DNA from: an uncultured Clostridium sp.
Lineage (GTDB): Bacteria; Bacillota; Clostridia; Lachnospirales; Lachnospiraceae
DNA length: 64,000 nt
Assembly: GCA_938036545.1 (NCBI GenBank)
Contig: CALHQJ010000010.1
Coordinates: forward strand, 22,980 to 86,979
Direction of reading: 5' to 3'
A model generated the notes under the pieces. The model saw only the letters and a program-made list of their open reading frames with translations, made no database searches and was not told where the DNA came from. This document shows positions 48,992-57,348 of the stretch, one piece after another. The translations under genes were made by a program, and so were the position numbers. Every line of letters starts with the position of its first letter. Within the stretch, counting starts at the first letter, position 1.

Positions 48992-50050
48992 ATGACATTA
49001 CAGGAACTAGCTTCATTTTATAAAGGAAAACGGGTACTGGTAACGGGACATACGGGATTTAAGGGGACATGGATGTGCCGGATTCTGGCGTTGTGTGGCG
49101 CAGAGGTTACAGGGTATGCCTTAAATCCGCCGACAGACCCCTCTATTTATCAGATTATTGGACTGGAAGATACCATGGATTCCCGCATTGGAGATATTCG
49201 GAATTTAAATGGGCTGCGTCAGGTATTTGAAGAGGTACAGCCAGAGGTAGTATTCCATCTGGCAGCTCAGCCCATTGTACGGGATTCTTATAAAGATCCG
49301 GTATATACGTATGAGACGAATGTGATGGGAACGGTCAACATGCTGGAGTGTATCCGCCTTACCCCGTCTGTCCGCTCCTTTGTTAATATTACTACGGATA
49401 AAGTATATGAAAATAAAGAATGGGAATACGGCTATCGGGAGTGCGATCCTCTGGATGGTTATGACCCATACTCCAACAGTAAATCCTGTTCGGAACTGGT
49501 GACCCACAGCTATCAGAAATCCTTCTTTCAGGACGGCCGCTGCGCCATCTCTACTTCCAGGGCAGGAAACGTGATTGGAGGCGGCGATTTCGCTAATGAC
49601 CGGATTATTCCTGACTGTATCAGGGCTGCGGCTTCCGGAAATAAAATCATTGTTCGGAATCCACATTCTACAAGGCCGTACCAGCATGTGTTAGAGCCCC
49701 TTGCCGTATATCTGGAAATTGCCATGAAACAGTATGAAGACGGTTCTATGGCGGGATACTATAATGTAGGGCCGGACGATATGGACTGTGTGACCACAGG
49801 AACTTTGACGGATTTATTCTGCCAGGCATGGGGAGGCGGCCAGACCTGGATCAATCAGTATGACGGAGGCCCCCATGAAGCAAACTTTTTAAAGCTGGAC
49901 TGTTCAAAAATTAAAAGAGTTTTTGGCTGGACGCCCCGCTACCATGTAAAAGAAGCGGTAGAAAAGACCATCGAATGGTCTAAGTTGTATTTGGAAGGCC
50001 AGGATATGTTAGAAGTAACGGACAGACAGATACGGGAGTTTTTTGGCTGA
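48992..50050 (+). CDS. rfbG: CDP-glucose 4,6-dehydratase
   Basis: It has KRVLVTGHTGFKGTWM, the SDR YSNSK catalytic motif and a C-terminus typical of RfbG/DdhB. AGGAG lies 7 nt before ATG 48992. Confidence 0.9.
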   Translation: MTLQELASFYKGKRVLVTGHTGFKGTWMCRILALCGAEVTGYALNPPTDPSIYQIIGLEDTMDSRIGDIRNLNGLRQVFEEVQPEVVFHLAAQPIVRDSYKDPVYTYETNVMGTVNMLECIRLTPSVRSFVNITTDKVYENKEWEYGYRECDPLDGYDPYSNSKSCSELVTHSYQKSFFQDGRCAISTSRAGNVIGGGDFANDRIIPDCIRAAASGNKIIVRNPHSTRPYQHVLEPLAVYLEIAMKQYEDGSMAGYYNVGPDDMDCVTTGTLTDLFCQAWGGGQTWINQYDGGPHEANFLKLDCSKIKRVFGWTPRYHVKEAVEKTIEWSKLYLEGQDMLEVTDRQIREFFG

Positions 50051-50100
50051 TGTTTGACATCAGCCAAACGCAGTCAGTTTTGATAGAAAAGGAGAAAGCT

Positions 50101-51444
50101 ATGTTTGAACATATGAGCGAGCAGGAGGCCAGAAAGGCGATTCTGGACTTAACTGCTGAATACTGCGATACATTTCACAATAAGAAGAAAGCTTTTGAAG
50201 AAGGAGACCGGATTCCCTATGCATCCAGAGTTTATGACCACAATGAAATGGTCAATCTGGTGGATTCTGCCCTGGAGTTTTGGCTGACTTCCGGACGGTA
50301 TACCGACCAGTTTGAGGCCGATTTGGCAAAGTATCTGGGGGTTCGGTACTGCTCTTTAGTAAATTCCGGTTCTTCTGCTAACCTGATTGCATTTATGGCC
50401 CTGACTTCTCCGCTGTTAGGAGACAGACGTGTGAAAAGAGGGGATGAGGTCATTACAGTAGCAGCCGGATTTCCGACTACCGTGACTCCGGCAATTCAGT
50501 ACGGGGCAGTTCCGGTGTTTGTAGACGTTACGATTCCCCAGTATAATATTGATGTAACAAAACTGGAAGACGCCCTGTCAGAAAAGACCAAGGCGGTTAT
50601 GATTGCCCATACCCTGGGAAATCCCTTTAATTTAAAAGCAGTAAAGGAATTTTGCGAGAAACATAATCTCTGGCTGGTAGAAGATAACTGTGATGCATTG
50701 GGAAGCAGATATACCATAGATGGTGAGACGAAGCTGACCGGAACGATTGGAGATATTGGAACCTCCAGCTTTTATCCTCCGCACCACATGACTATGGGTG
50801 AGGGCGGAGCAGTTTATACCAATAATGCCCTGTTAAACAAGATTATCCGTTCATTCAGAGACTGGGGAAGGGACTGTGTCTGCCCGTCTGGAAGAGATAA
50901 TCTGTGCGGACATCGTTTTGACAGACAGTATGGAGAACTGCCATTAGGCTATGATCACAAATATGTATACTCGCATTTTGGATATAATTTAAAGGCGACG
51001 GATTTGCAGGCGTCTATCGGCTGCGCCCAGCTGGAAAAATTCCCTTCATTTGTAGAACGGAGAAAGGAAAATTTTGCCAAATTAAAAGAAGGCCTTTTAG
51101 ACTGTCAGGACAAGGTAATTTTGCCGGAAGCGTGTCCTGGTGCTGATCCCAGCTGGTTTGGCTTTCTGATTACCTGTAAAGAAGGAGTAGACCGAAATCA
51201 GGTGGTTCAGTACGTAGAAGACAGAGGTATCCAGACTCGTATGCTGTTTGCCGGCAACTTGACCAAGCATCCCTGCTTTGATGAGATGCGAAAGACGGGA
51301 GAAGGATACCGCATAGTCGGTGACTTATCAGTGACAGACCGAATTATGAAAGATACATTCTGGGTAGGAGTTTATCCTGGAATGACAGACGAGATGATTG
51401 ATTATATGGCAAAGACCATAAGAGAAGCATTGCAGAATGCTTGA
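50101..51444 (+). CDS. rfbH: CDP-6-deoxy-L-threo-D-glycero-4-hexulose 3-dehydrase (E1, RfbH/DdhC)
   Basis: GDEVITVAAGFPTTVTPAIQYGAVPVFVDV, FYPPHHMTMGEGGA and FRDWGRDCVCPSGRDNLCGHRF (the Fe-S Cys cluster) closely follow my recollection of the Salmonella RfbH sequence. Confidence 0.9.
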   Translation: MFEHMSEQEARKAILDLTAEYCDTFHNKKKAFEEGDRIPYASRVYDHNEMVNLVDSALEFWLTSGRYTDQFEADLAKYLGVRYCSLVNSGSSANLIAFMALTSPLLGDRRVKRGDEVITVAAGFPTTVTPAIQYGAVPVFVDVTIPQYNIDVTKLEDALSEKTKAVMIAHTLGNPFNLKAVKEFCEKHNLWLVEDNCDALGSRYTIDGETKLTGTIGDIGTSSFYPPHHMTMGEGGAVYTNNALLNKIIRSFRDWGRDCVCPSGRDNLCGHRFDRQYGELPLGYDHKYVYSHFGYNLKATDLQASIGCAQLEKFPSFVERRKENFAKLKEGLLDCQDKVILPEACPGADPSWFGFLITCKEGVDRNQVVQYVEDRGIQTRMLFAGNLTKHPCFDEMRKTGEGYRIVGDLSVTDRIMKDTFWVGVYPGMTDEMIDYMAKTIREALQNA

Positions 51445-51464
51445 TGGTCAGGAGGAAATGGAAC

Positions 51465-52295
51465 ATGGATCTGACGAAGGTACATCAGGCAAATCTGGCT
51501 ATATTGAAAGAAATTGACCGGATTTGTCGGGAAGAAGGAATTCAGTATATGCTGGATTCGGGAACCCTGCTTGGGGCTGTCCGCCACAAGGGATTTATTC
51601 CATGGGATGATGATGCAGACGTAGCATTTACCAGAGACAATTATACAAAGTTTATTCGGGCGGCAAGGAAAAAGCTTCCTGCGGGAATGACGTTGCTGGA
51701 GCCGAAGGATCTTAGAAACGGAACGGCATTTTTTGATTTTACTGCCCGAATCTGCTATGACAAAAGCAGTACTCACGAGGATAGCGGAGAAATGCAGTTT
51801 TATGAAGGAAAGCTGAATCATCTGTGGGTAGATCTGTTTACCATTGACGAACTTCCGGAAAATAAGGTGTCTGCGGCATTTACAAAACTGCTTCATACAG
51901 CGATTTACGGTCTCGCCATGGGACACCGCTATCATCTGGACTTTCATAAATATAGCCTTCCAAATAAGATTTTTGTAGGCGGACTGTCTGCTGTAGGAAG
52001 GCTGATTCCAATGAAATGGATTCGTCGGATGCAGTTCTGTGCGGCTGTAAAGGACAAAAAGGGAACCAGCAGCCTGCGCTATTACAGCAATTACCAGCCG
52101 GATTATCTGTATGTAACGTTACAGAAGGAGTGGTGCAGTGATACGGTGGATATGGAATTTGAAGGAGAAATGCTGATGGTTCCGGCAGGCTGGCATCAGG
52201 TTCTGACTTGTGTTTACGGCGATTATATGACGCTGCCGCCAAAGGAAAAACAGGTTCCGGCCCACTCGGATATGGAAATAGAGGTTTTCGATTAA
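51465..52295 (+). CDS. licD: LicD family phosphotransferase (CDP-activated donor)
   Basis: LKEIDRICREEGIQYMLDSGTLLGAVRHKGFIPWDDDADV is the LicD nucleotidyltransferase-fold signature. The ORF is open from 51441 and overlaps the rfbH stop. Confidence 0.85.
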   Translation: MDLTKVHQANLAILKEIDRICREEGIQYMLDSGTLLGAVRHKGFIPWDDDADVAFTRDNYTKFIRAARKKLPAGMTLLEPKDLRNGTAFFDFTARICYDKSSTHEDSGEMQFYEGKLNHLWVDLFTIDELPENKVSAAFTKLLHTAIYGLAMGHRYHLDFHKYSLPNKIFVGGLSAVGRLIPMKWIRRMQFCAAVKDKKGTSSLRYYSNYQPDYLYVTLQKEWCSDTVDMEFEGEMLMVPAGWHQVLTCVYGDYMTLPPKEKQVPAHSDMEIEVFD

Positions 52296-52296
52296 G

Positions 52297-52336
52297 GCTT
52301 ACAGCGAGCAAGAAGATGCATGGCTGAACGGTTACA
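52297..52336. repeat. left 40-nt inverted repeat (half-copy of the palindromic repeat family)
   Basis: gcttacagcgagcaagaagatgcatggctgaacggttaca matches the reverse complement of 53328-53367 at 37 of 40 positions. Confidence 0.85.
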
Positions 52337-52371
52337 TTTGCAGCATGAAAATTGAAAACAGGAGTTGAAAT

Positions 52372-53310
52372 ATGGACGGAGAAAATGAAAAGAAACGCCT
52401 TTCTGTGGTGGTTTCCGTATATAATGAAGAAAAAGCATTAGACCAGTTTTACGCAGAAACCACAAAGGTTTTGAACAGCTTATCCTGGGATTGGGAGCTG
52501 TTGTTTGTCAATGACGGAAGCAGTGACAACAGCCTGGAAGTATTGGACAGGCTGGCAGGGCAGGACAGCCGCGTAAAGGTAATTTCTTTTTCGAGAAATT
52601 TCGGACATGAGTCGGCCATGATTGCGGGAATTGATTATAGTTCTGGAGACGGTGTGGTGTGTATGGATGCAGATTTACAGCATCCGCCGGAATGTCTGCC
52701 AGAGATTGTAGAAAAAATGGAAGAAGGCTATCAGGTTATTACCATGGTGCGTACCAGCAATGAGAGCGCCGGTTTTATTAAAAATGTAGCATCCAGTGCG
52801 TTCTATGCCCTGATTAACCGGATGTCAGATGTCCATTTTGAACCCAATGCATCGGATTTCTTTGCTGTCAGCCGTAAGGCGGCAGAGGTATTAAAGCATA
52901 ATTATAGAGAACGGGTGCGCTTTTTAAGAGGTTATGTCCAGAATATTGGATTTCGTAAGACGTCAATTTCTTATGAAGCCCGACCAAGGGTTGCAGGAGA
53001 GAGTAAATACAGCCTGCGGAAGCTGTTTCGTTTTTCGGTCAATACCATTATGTGTTTTTCCAATATGCCATTAAAGCTGGGGATATTTGCCGGTATTTTG
53101 TCGGCGTTGATTGGAGTCGGCGTGCTGATTTATACTCTGTTTACCAGGCAGGGGGCGCCCAGCGGTTATGCCACTATAGTGGTAGTCATGTGTTTTATGT
53201 TTGCCATGATGTTTGTGGTAATCGGCATTATTGGAGAATATATATCCGTACTGTTTAATGAATTGAAGGATCGTCCGATTTACATCGTAGAAGATGTTAA
53301 GAACTTATAA
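52372..53310 (+). CDS. GtrB/CsbB/ArnC-like polyprenyl-phosphate glycosyltransferase (GT2 with two C-terminal TMs)
   Basis: It has LSVVVSVYNEE, LFVNDGSSDNS, SRNFGHESA and CMDADLQHPP, plus C-terminal TMs (LGIFAGILSALIGVGVLIYTLF; VVVMCFMFAMMFVVIGIIGEYI). Confidence 0.88.
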   Translation: MDGENEKKRLSVVVSVYNEEKALDQFYAETTKVLNSLSWDWELLFVNDGSSDNSLEVLDRLAGQDSRVKVISFSRNFGHESAMIAGIDYSSGDGVVCMDADLQHPPECLPEIVEKMEEGYQVITMVRTSNESAGFIKNVASSAFYALINRMSDVHFEPNASDFFAVSRKAAEVLKHNYRERVRFLRGYVQNIGFRKTSISYEARPRVAGESKYSLRKLFRFSVNTIMCFSNMPLKLGIFAGILSALIGVGVLIYTLFTRQGAPSGYATIVVVMCFMFAMMFVVIGIIGEYISVLFNELKDRPIYIVEDVKNL

Positions 53311-53327
53311 AATGGGGAAAATGTAAT

Positions 53328-53395
53328 GTAACAGTTCAGCCATGTATCTTCTTGCCCGCTGTAAGCGTGCAAGAAGCGTCGGGCAACTGTTACAA
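53328..53395. repeat. complete 68-nt palindromic repeat-family element (right inverted repeat)
   Basis: The outer arms are tgtaacagtt...aactgttaca, the inner pairing is cttcttgc/gcaagaag and the apex is cgctgtaagcg. The left arm is the inverted partner of 52297-52336. Confidence 0.85.
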
Positions 53396-53422
53396 TTTAA
53401 TAAAAACTTTTCGAATAGGCTA

Positions 53423-53451
53423 TTGTATATTGGTCAATTTCATGGTATAAT
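53423..53451 (+). promoter_or_regulatory. promoter TTGTAT-17-TATAAT (TGn extended)
   Basis: ttgtat lies at 53423-53428 and tggtataat ends at 53451. Confidence 0.55.
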
Positions 53452-53523
53452 GACTATACGAATTTAAGAAGCCTAAGAGACATTGATTGACGATCGCTTT
53501 ATGTGTTTAATGGGGTGATGTGT

Positions 53524-53769
53524 ATGTTGACAAAACAGGTTGACATTCTTGCCCCGTATCGGACGTTGCCAATATCCTATCTTGTAAGGACTACGAATCA
53601 ATTTACCTGTGATATTTATATACAGGGTGACGCCACGAGGATCAATGTAAAGGATTATGAGGCGATGCAGACGGGGTTGCAGCCGCGGGGGAACAGTCTA
53701 GTATTTTATTTAGAAGGAAGTGACGAAGGAGAGGCGGAGTTAAGGCTTCGGCGCCTGTTCAGAGTTTAA
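53524..53769 (+). CDS. degenerate HPr-fold protein (His15 and Ser46 positions substituted)
   Basis: Its length and pattern match HPr (..FTCDIYIQGDATRINVKDYEAMQ..LVFYLEGSDEGEAE..). The His15 loop reads APYRTLPIS, however, and the Ser46 site reads KDYEAM. Confidence 0.55.
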   Translation: MLTKQVDILAPYRTLPISYLVRTTNQFTCDIYIQGDATRINVKDYEAMQTGLQPRGNSLVFYLEGSDEGEAELRLRRLFRV

Positions 53770-53923
53770 TATGGTACATAGTGAAAAAAAGAAAAGGCTG
53801 ACGCACAGCTAACCATTTTAGGTTGGATGGACGGCAGCCTTACTTTTCAGTTTTAAAATATAATAATTCAGGACAGCAACTGAGTGACTGGTAGATAAGC
53901 AGGCTTGTTAAAAGGAGAAACTT

Positions 53924-54352
53924 ATGGGAACCCAATTGGATGGTATTATCAATGAAAATTATACAAAGCTTAATAATCTGGATTTTCATATCCTGAATTT
54001 TATTCAGAATAATCTGCATCTAAGCGCTACGTTGAGTATTGCAAAACTGGCTGAAAGATGCAATGTTTCTACAGCAACGGTACTTCGCATGACGCAAAAG
54101 TTAAATTTCAGCGGATATAGTGAATTTAAATATTTTTTGAAAAATGATGATGCACAGGAAGAAACACAGGATATAGATGCCATAGAAGTAATTAATCAGG
54201 ATATTGCCCAGACGATAAAAATGTTTCGTCAGAATGGGCAGATAGAAGAAATTTATAAGAAGATAGATGAAGCAGAAAATATATATGCTTATGGAACAGG
54301 GCAGGGACAGAGACTGATGCTCTATATACAATCTGACAGGCGGTTTCGTTAA
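53924..54352 (+). pseudogene. MurR/RpiR family regulator, 3'-truncated inside the SIS domain
   Basis: The HTH_6 is intact (IAKLAERCNVSTATVLRMTQKLNFSGYSEFK). The SIS domain only starts (NIYAYGTGQGQ) before the frame runs into the antisense EIIB remnant. Confidence 0.7.
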
Positions 54353-55162
54353 TGCGTATCAGTCCTAAAGAACCGATGGTTTTCAGCGCATTTTCATTAA
54401 TTACAGATGTATCTTTTAAGATCAGGCGAAGCCTAGAAATACAGTTGTCAATCTCTACGATATTTTCTTTTCCGCCAACTGCATTACCGATACATACACC
54501 TAATAACGTGTTAATAAGGAATGACATACCGGCCATAAAAGCGTGGAACAGCCACAATAGCGGAGAGATAAAGAAGAAGGAAAACTCAATAGGTTCTGTA
54601 ATGCCAGTGAAGAAACTGGTTAAACCGGCGGCTAAAAGCATACTTTTACTTTTTCACGGTTTTTGGGCAACGCAGTTTTGTACATAGCGAAACATGCAGC
54701 AGGAAGATCAAATACCATAAAAGGATGGGTACCCTGAGTCAGGAATCTGGTAGCTTGACGCATTATATCCATATTTGGATTGCTGGACATTAATAATTGA
54801 TTAAAGATATTTAATGCACCGGAAATCTGTTCGCCATCAATCATAGCAGTCCACAAGCCTACAACGATACCTCCGAAAATACTCATGCGATAGGTAAAAA
54901 TACCCATTACAGTATCATAAGCCGCATTTTCCTGCGTAGCCTCTAAGAGGCTCATTCCCTGACTGGTTAAGTAGTCAATGCTGGTGGTTTCAGCGGTAAT
55001 TCCGTTTATTTGCAAAAAGAAACGGATAGTAGTATGGAATAAAATAAATCCGATCACAGATGAAAATTTGCGATTATTTAACACAATATTTGTAAATAGT
55101 TTAGGGAAAATGTTGGACAAAAGAAAAATGTTACATTTTATGAAATTTATTACATAAATCAT
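54327..55162 (-). pseudogene. PTS glucose/maltose-family EIICB remnant (frameshifted, internally deleted, 3'-truncated)
   Basis: The EIIC motif is FFTGITEPIEFSF and the EIIB motif is GGKENIVEIDNCISRLRLILKD. The N-terminal part lies in another frame (54632-55162), and EIIC segments are missing. Confidence 0.7.
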
Positions 55163-55272
55163 AATAAACAGCAGAATGTATGATATAATGAACCTTACAA
55201 GGATTTGGGAAGAAAGTGCGAAGATTAAATGAAAGGCTTAAATGAAGAGGTTTACTTCATAATGGGTACCAA

Positions 55273-55579
55273 ATGATGCTGAAAATCTACTACGGAACTA
55301 TGCCGGAAGCAATCTTTAATACGGCTGTATATTTCAAAAATGTATATGAGGATTCATGGATTACGGATCCGGTTGCAAAAGAAATTTTTTAATGCATCAA
55401 CTTGCGGTGATAATTGTGCAAAATGGATTTTAAAACTGGCAGAAACCAGAGATCTTACGATTAATCTTCGCCACCTGATGGATTTCGGTGAAGGTACATT
55501 TGAGATTTGTATTTTAAATACGAACCAAATCGTTCACAATATGAAAGAACTTGTCCCTATTGCAGGACTTTATGTCTAA
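55273..55579 (+). pseudogene. DUF4869-like gene remnant (internal deletion plus frameshift)
   Basis: MMLKIYYGTMPEAIFNTAVYFKNVYEDSWITDP stops at 55390. The C-terminal part FFNASTCGDNCAKWILKLAE...HNMKEL continues in the +1 frame. The family name is recalled from memory and is not verified. Confidence 0.5.
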
Positions 55580-55582
55580 GAG

Positions 55583-56307
55583 GTGCTGTATATGAGGGGA
55601 AAACATAGAATTGTTGTACAGAATAAGAGAATTCGGTATGATTTTGAAATAAAAAGAAACATTACAATACTTCGTGGAGACAGTGCGACTGGAAAGACCA
55701 CGTTAGTGGATATGATTCGAGAGTATTACCAAAATGGAACTGCCAGTGGAGTAGATTTGCAATGCGAGAAAGAATGTACTGTATTAGAAGGCCGTACATG
55801 GTCAGGACAGCTTTCCATGATGCAGGACAGTATTGTTTTCATTGATGAATGAGTTTTATCATATATACCAACAGATGGATTATACGAAGCCGATTCGTCC
55901 GAAAATGATTATTACCGAGGATTCTAATTCAGGTTTTCAGTTTTTTAAACAGGCATGTGAAAGAGGAAAAACAACTAGCTGCATTCGGCTCAGAAATGGA
56001 GAAGTTAGTTCAGCTGATTAAAGAACATCCAAATATCAAACTGTATTTGCCAGAATCCTTTGAATGGCTGATTCTTTGTTCTGGACTGATAGAAGGCCAC
56101 AATGTCAGTGGCCAATTAAAACATCCTGAAGAATATATTGAGAGCAAAATATATTTTAGTTGGGAACGGTATTTTACCGCACAGTTAGTTGAACTTACAC
56201 AGGAAAGCTTTTTAAAATATGCGAAAAAGCAATTGAACCCAGCATACGTTCAAGGAAAAATTATGGATAAGATTCTTAATGTGATGAAAGGGATAGAGAT
56301 TAACTAG
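55583..56307 (+). pseudogene. AAA-type ATPase gene remnant (partner of the DUF4869-like gene), split over three frames
   Basis: The Walker A is ILRGDSATGKTTLVDMI and the Walker B-like segment is SIVFIDE, then a stop. Later fragments carry IITEDSNSGFQFF and LYLPESFEWLILCSGLI. Confidence 0.55.
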
Positions 56308-56318
56308 GGGGGGATTAT

Positions 56319-56798
56319 TTGTTTACGAAGATTTTATATGGGATTGCGGCTGTCTGGCTTACCGTCTCTTTTTACAAAGATCGGAAAAAGACCAGGATGG
56401 CATTGAAAAAAGCATGGAAGTCCTTTGAAAATATTTTGCCATTTATCCTCGCTATTTTATTACTGATGGGACTGATTTTGTCTGTACTAGATGAACGGAC
56501 AGTATCCAGGCTGATAGGAGCAGAATCAGGAGTATTTGGCATGGTGATAGCGGCAGTGGTAGGATGTATTACTTTGATTCCAGGATTTGTTGCTTTTCCA
56601 CTGGCGGCTTCTTTGGTGAAAGCCGGTGCCGGATATGGGCAAATCGCAATGTTTGTTTCTACACTGATGATGGTTGGCGTAGCCACATTTCCACTGGAAA
56701 GCAAATATTTTGGCCGCAGTGCGGCTCTGAAAAGAAATGTATTGTCTCTGATAATTGCAGTTATAACATCTTTTCTGATAGGAGGCGTGATGGCATGA
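56319..56798 (+). CDS. permease subunit (two-part ArsP/DUF318-like permease, N-half)
   Basis: This 159-aa protein has 4-5 TMs. It has a TTG start and overlaps its partner gene (ATGA at 56795). Confidence 0.6.
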   Translation: MFTKILYGIAAVWLTVSFYKDRKKTRMALKKAWKSFENILPFILAILLLMGLILSVLDERTVSRLIGAESGVFGMVIAAVVGCITLIPGFVAFPLAASLVKAGAGYGQIAMFVSTLMMVGVATFPLESKYFGRSAALKRNVLSLIIAVITSFLIGGVMA

Positions 56799-57325
56799 AG
56801 CAGATTTGGAAAATTTTAGAACGGTATAAGTTTTTTGTAGCGCTTTTGCTGTTAAACGGGATATTGCTGTTTACATGTCCGGATATTGGGAAACAATCCT
56901 TTGTCACATCTTGGAACAATCTGCTGGAAATGCTGTCGATACTTCCTCCTGTTTTTATTTTACTGGGGCTTATGGACGTATGGATTCCAAGGGAAGTTAT
57001 GATGAAATATATGGGAAAAGAAGCTGGAATAAAAGGTGGTATTTTTGCTGTGATTATGGGCGCTTTTTCAGCAGGACCGCTGTATGCGGCGTTTCCGGTT
57101 GCAGGTATGCTGATTAAAAAAGGAGTGTCATTCCGGAACGTATTTTTGTTTCTCGGTTCATGGTCAACAATGAAAATCCCGATGATGCTGTTTGAAGTTG
57201 CCCAGTTGGGAAGCCGATTTGCCGCAGCAAGGTTTGCCTTTAACTTTGTGGGAATTATTATCCTTGCGTGGATTATGGATAAAACGATGTCAAAAGAGGA
57301 AGAGGAATATATGCTGCAGCATTGA
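56795..57325 (+). CDS. permease subunit (two-part permease, C-half)
   Basis: The sequence MKQIWKILERYKFFVALLLLNG... is polytopic and translationally coupled to the preceding gene. Confidence 0.6.
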   Translation: MKQIWKILERYKFFVALLLLNGILLFTCPDIGKQSFVTSWNNLLEMLSILPPVFILLGLMDVWIPREVMMKYMGKEAGIKGGIFAVIMGAFSAGPLYAAFPVAGMLIKKGVSFRNVFLFLGSWSTMKIPMMLFEVAQLGSRFAAARFAFNFVGIIILAWIMDKTMSKEEEEYMLQH

Positions 57326-57348
57326 GGCAGCAACCGTCTGCAAAGCAC

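Noticed and set aside
52322-52336. The repeat core (TGTAACCGTTCAGC in reverse complement) could be a CcpA cre site or LacI-type operator.
   Set aside because: Only the copies with a central CG approach the cre consensus TGWAANCGNTNWCA (12/14 at best). Most copies have AG or TG at the centre. The elements also occur next to non-sugar genes (prs, cls, ansA).
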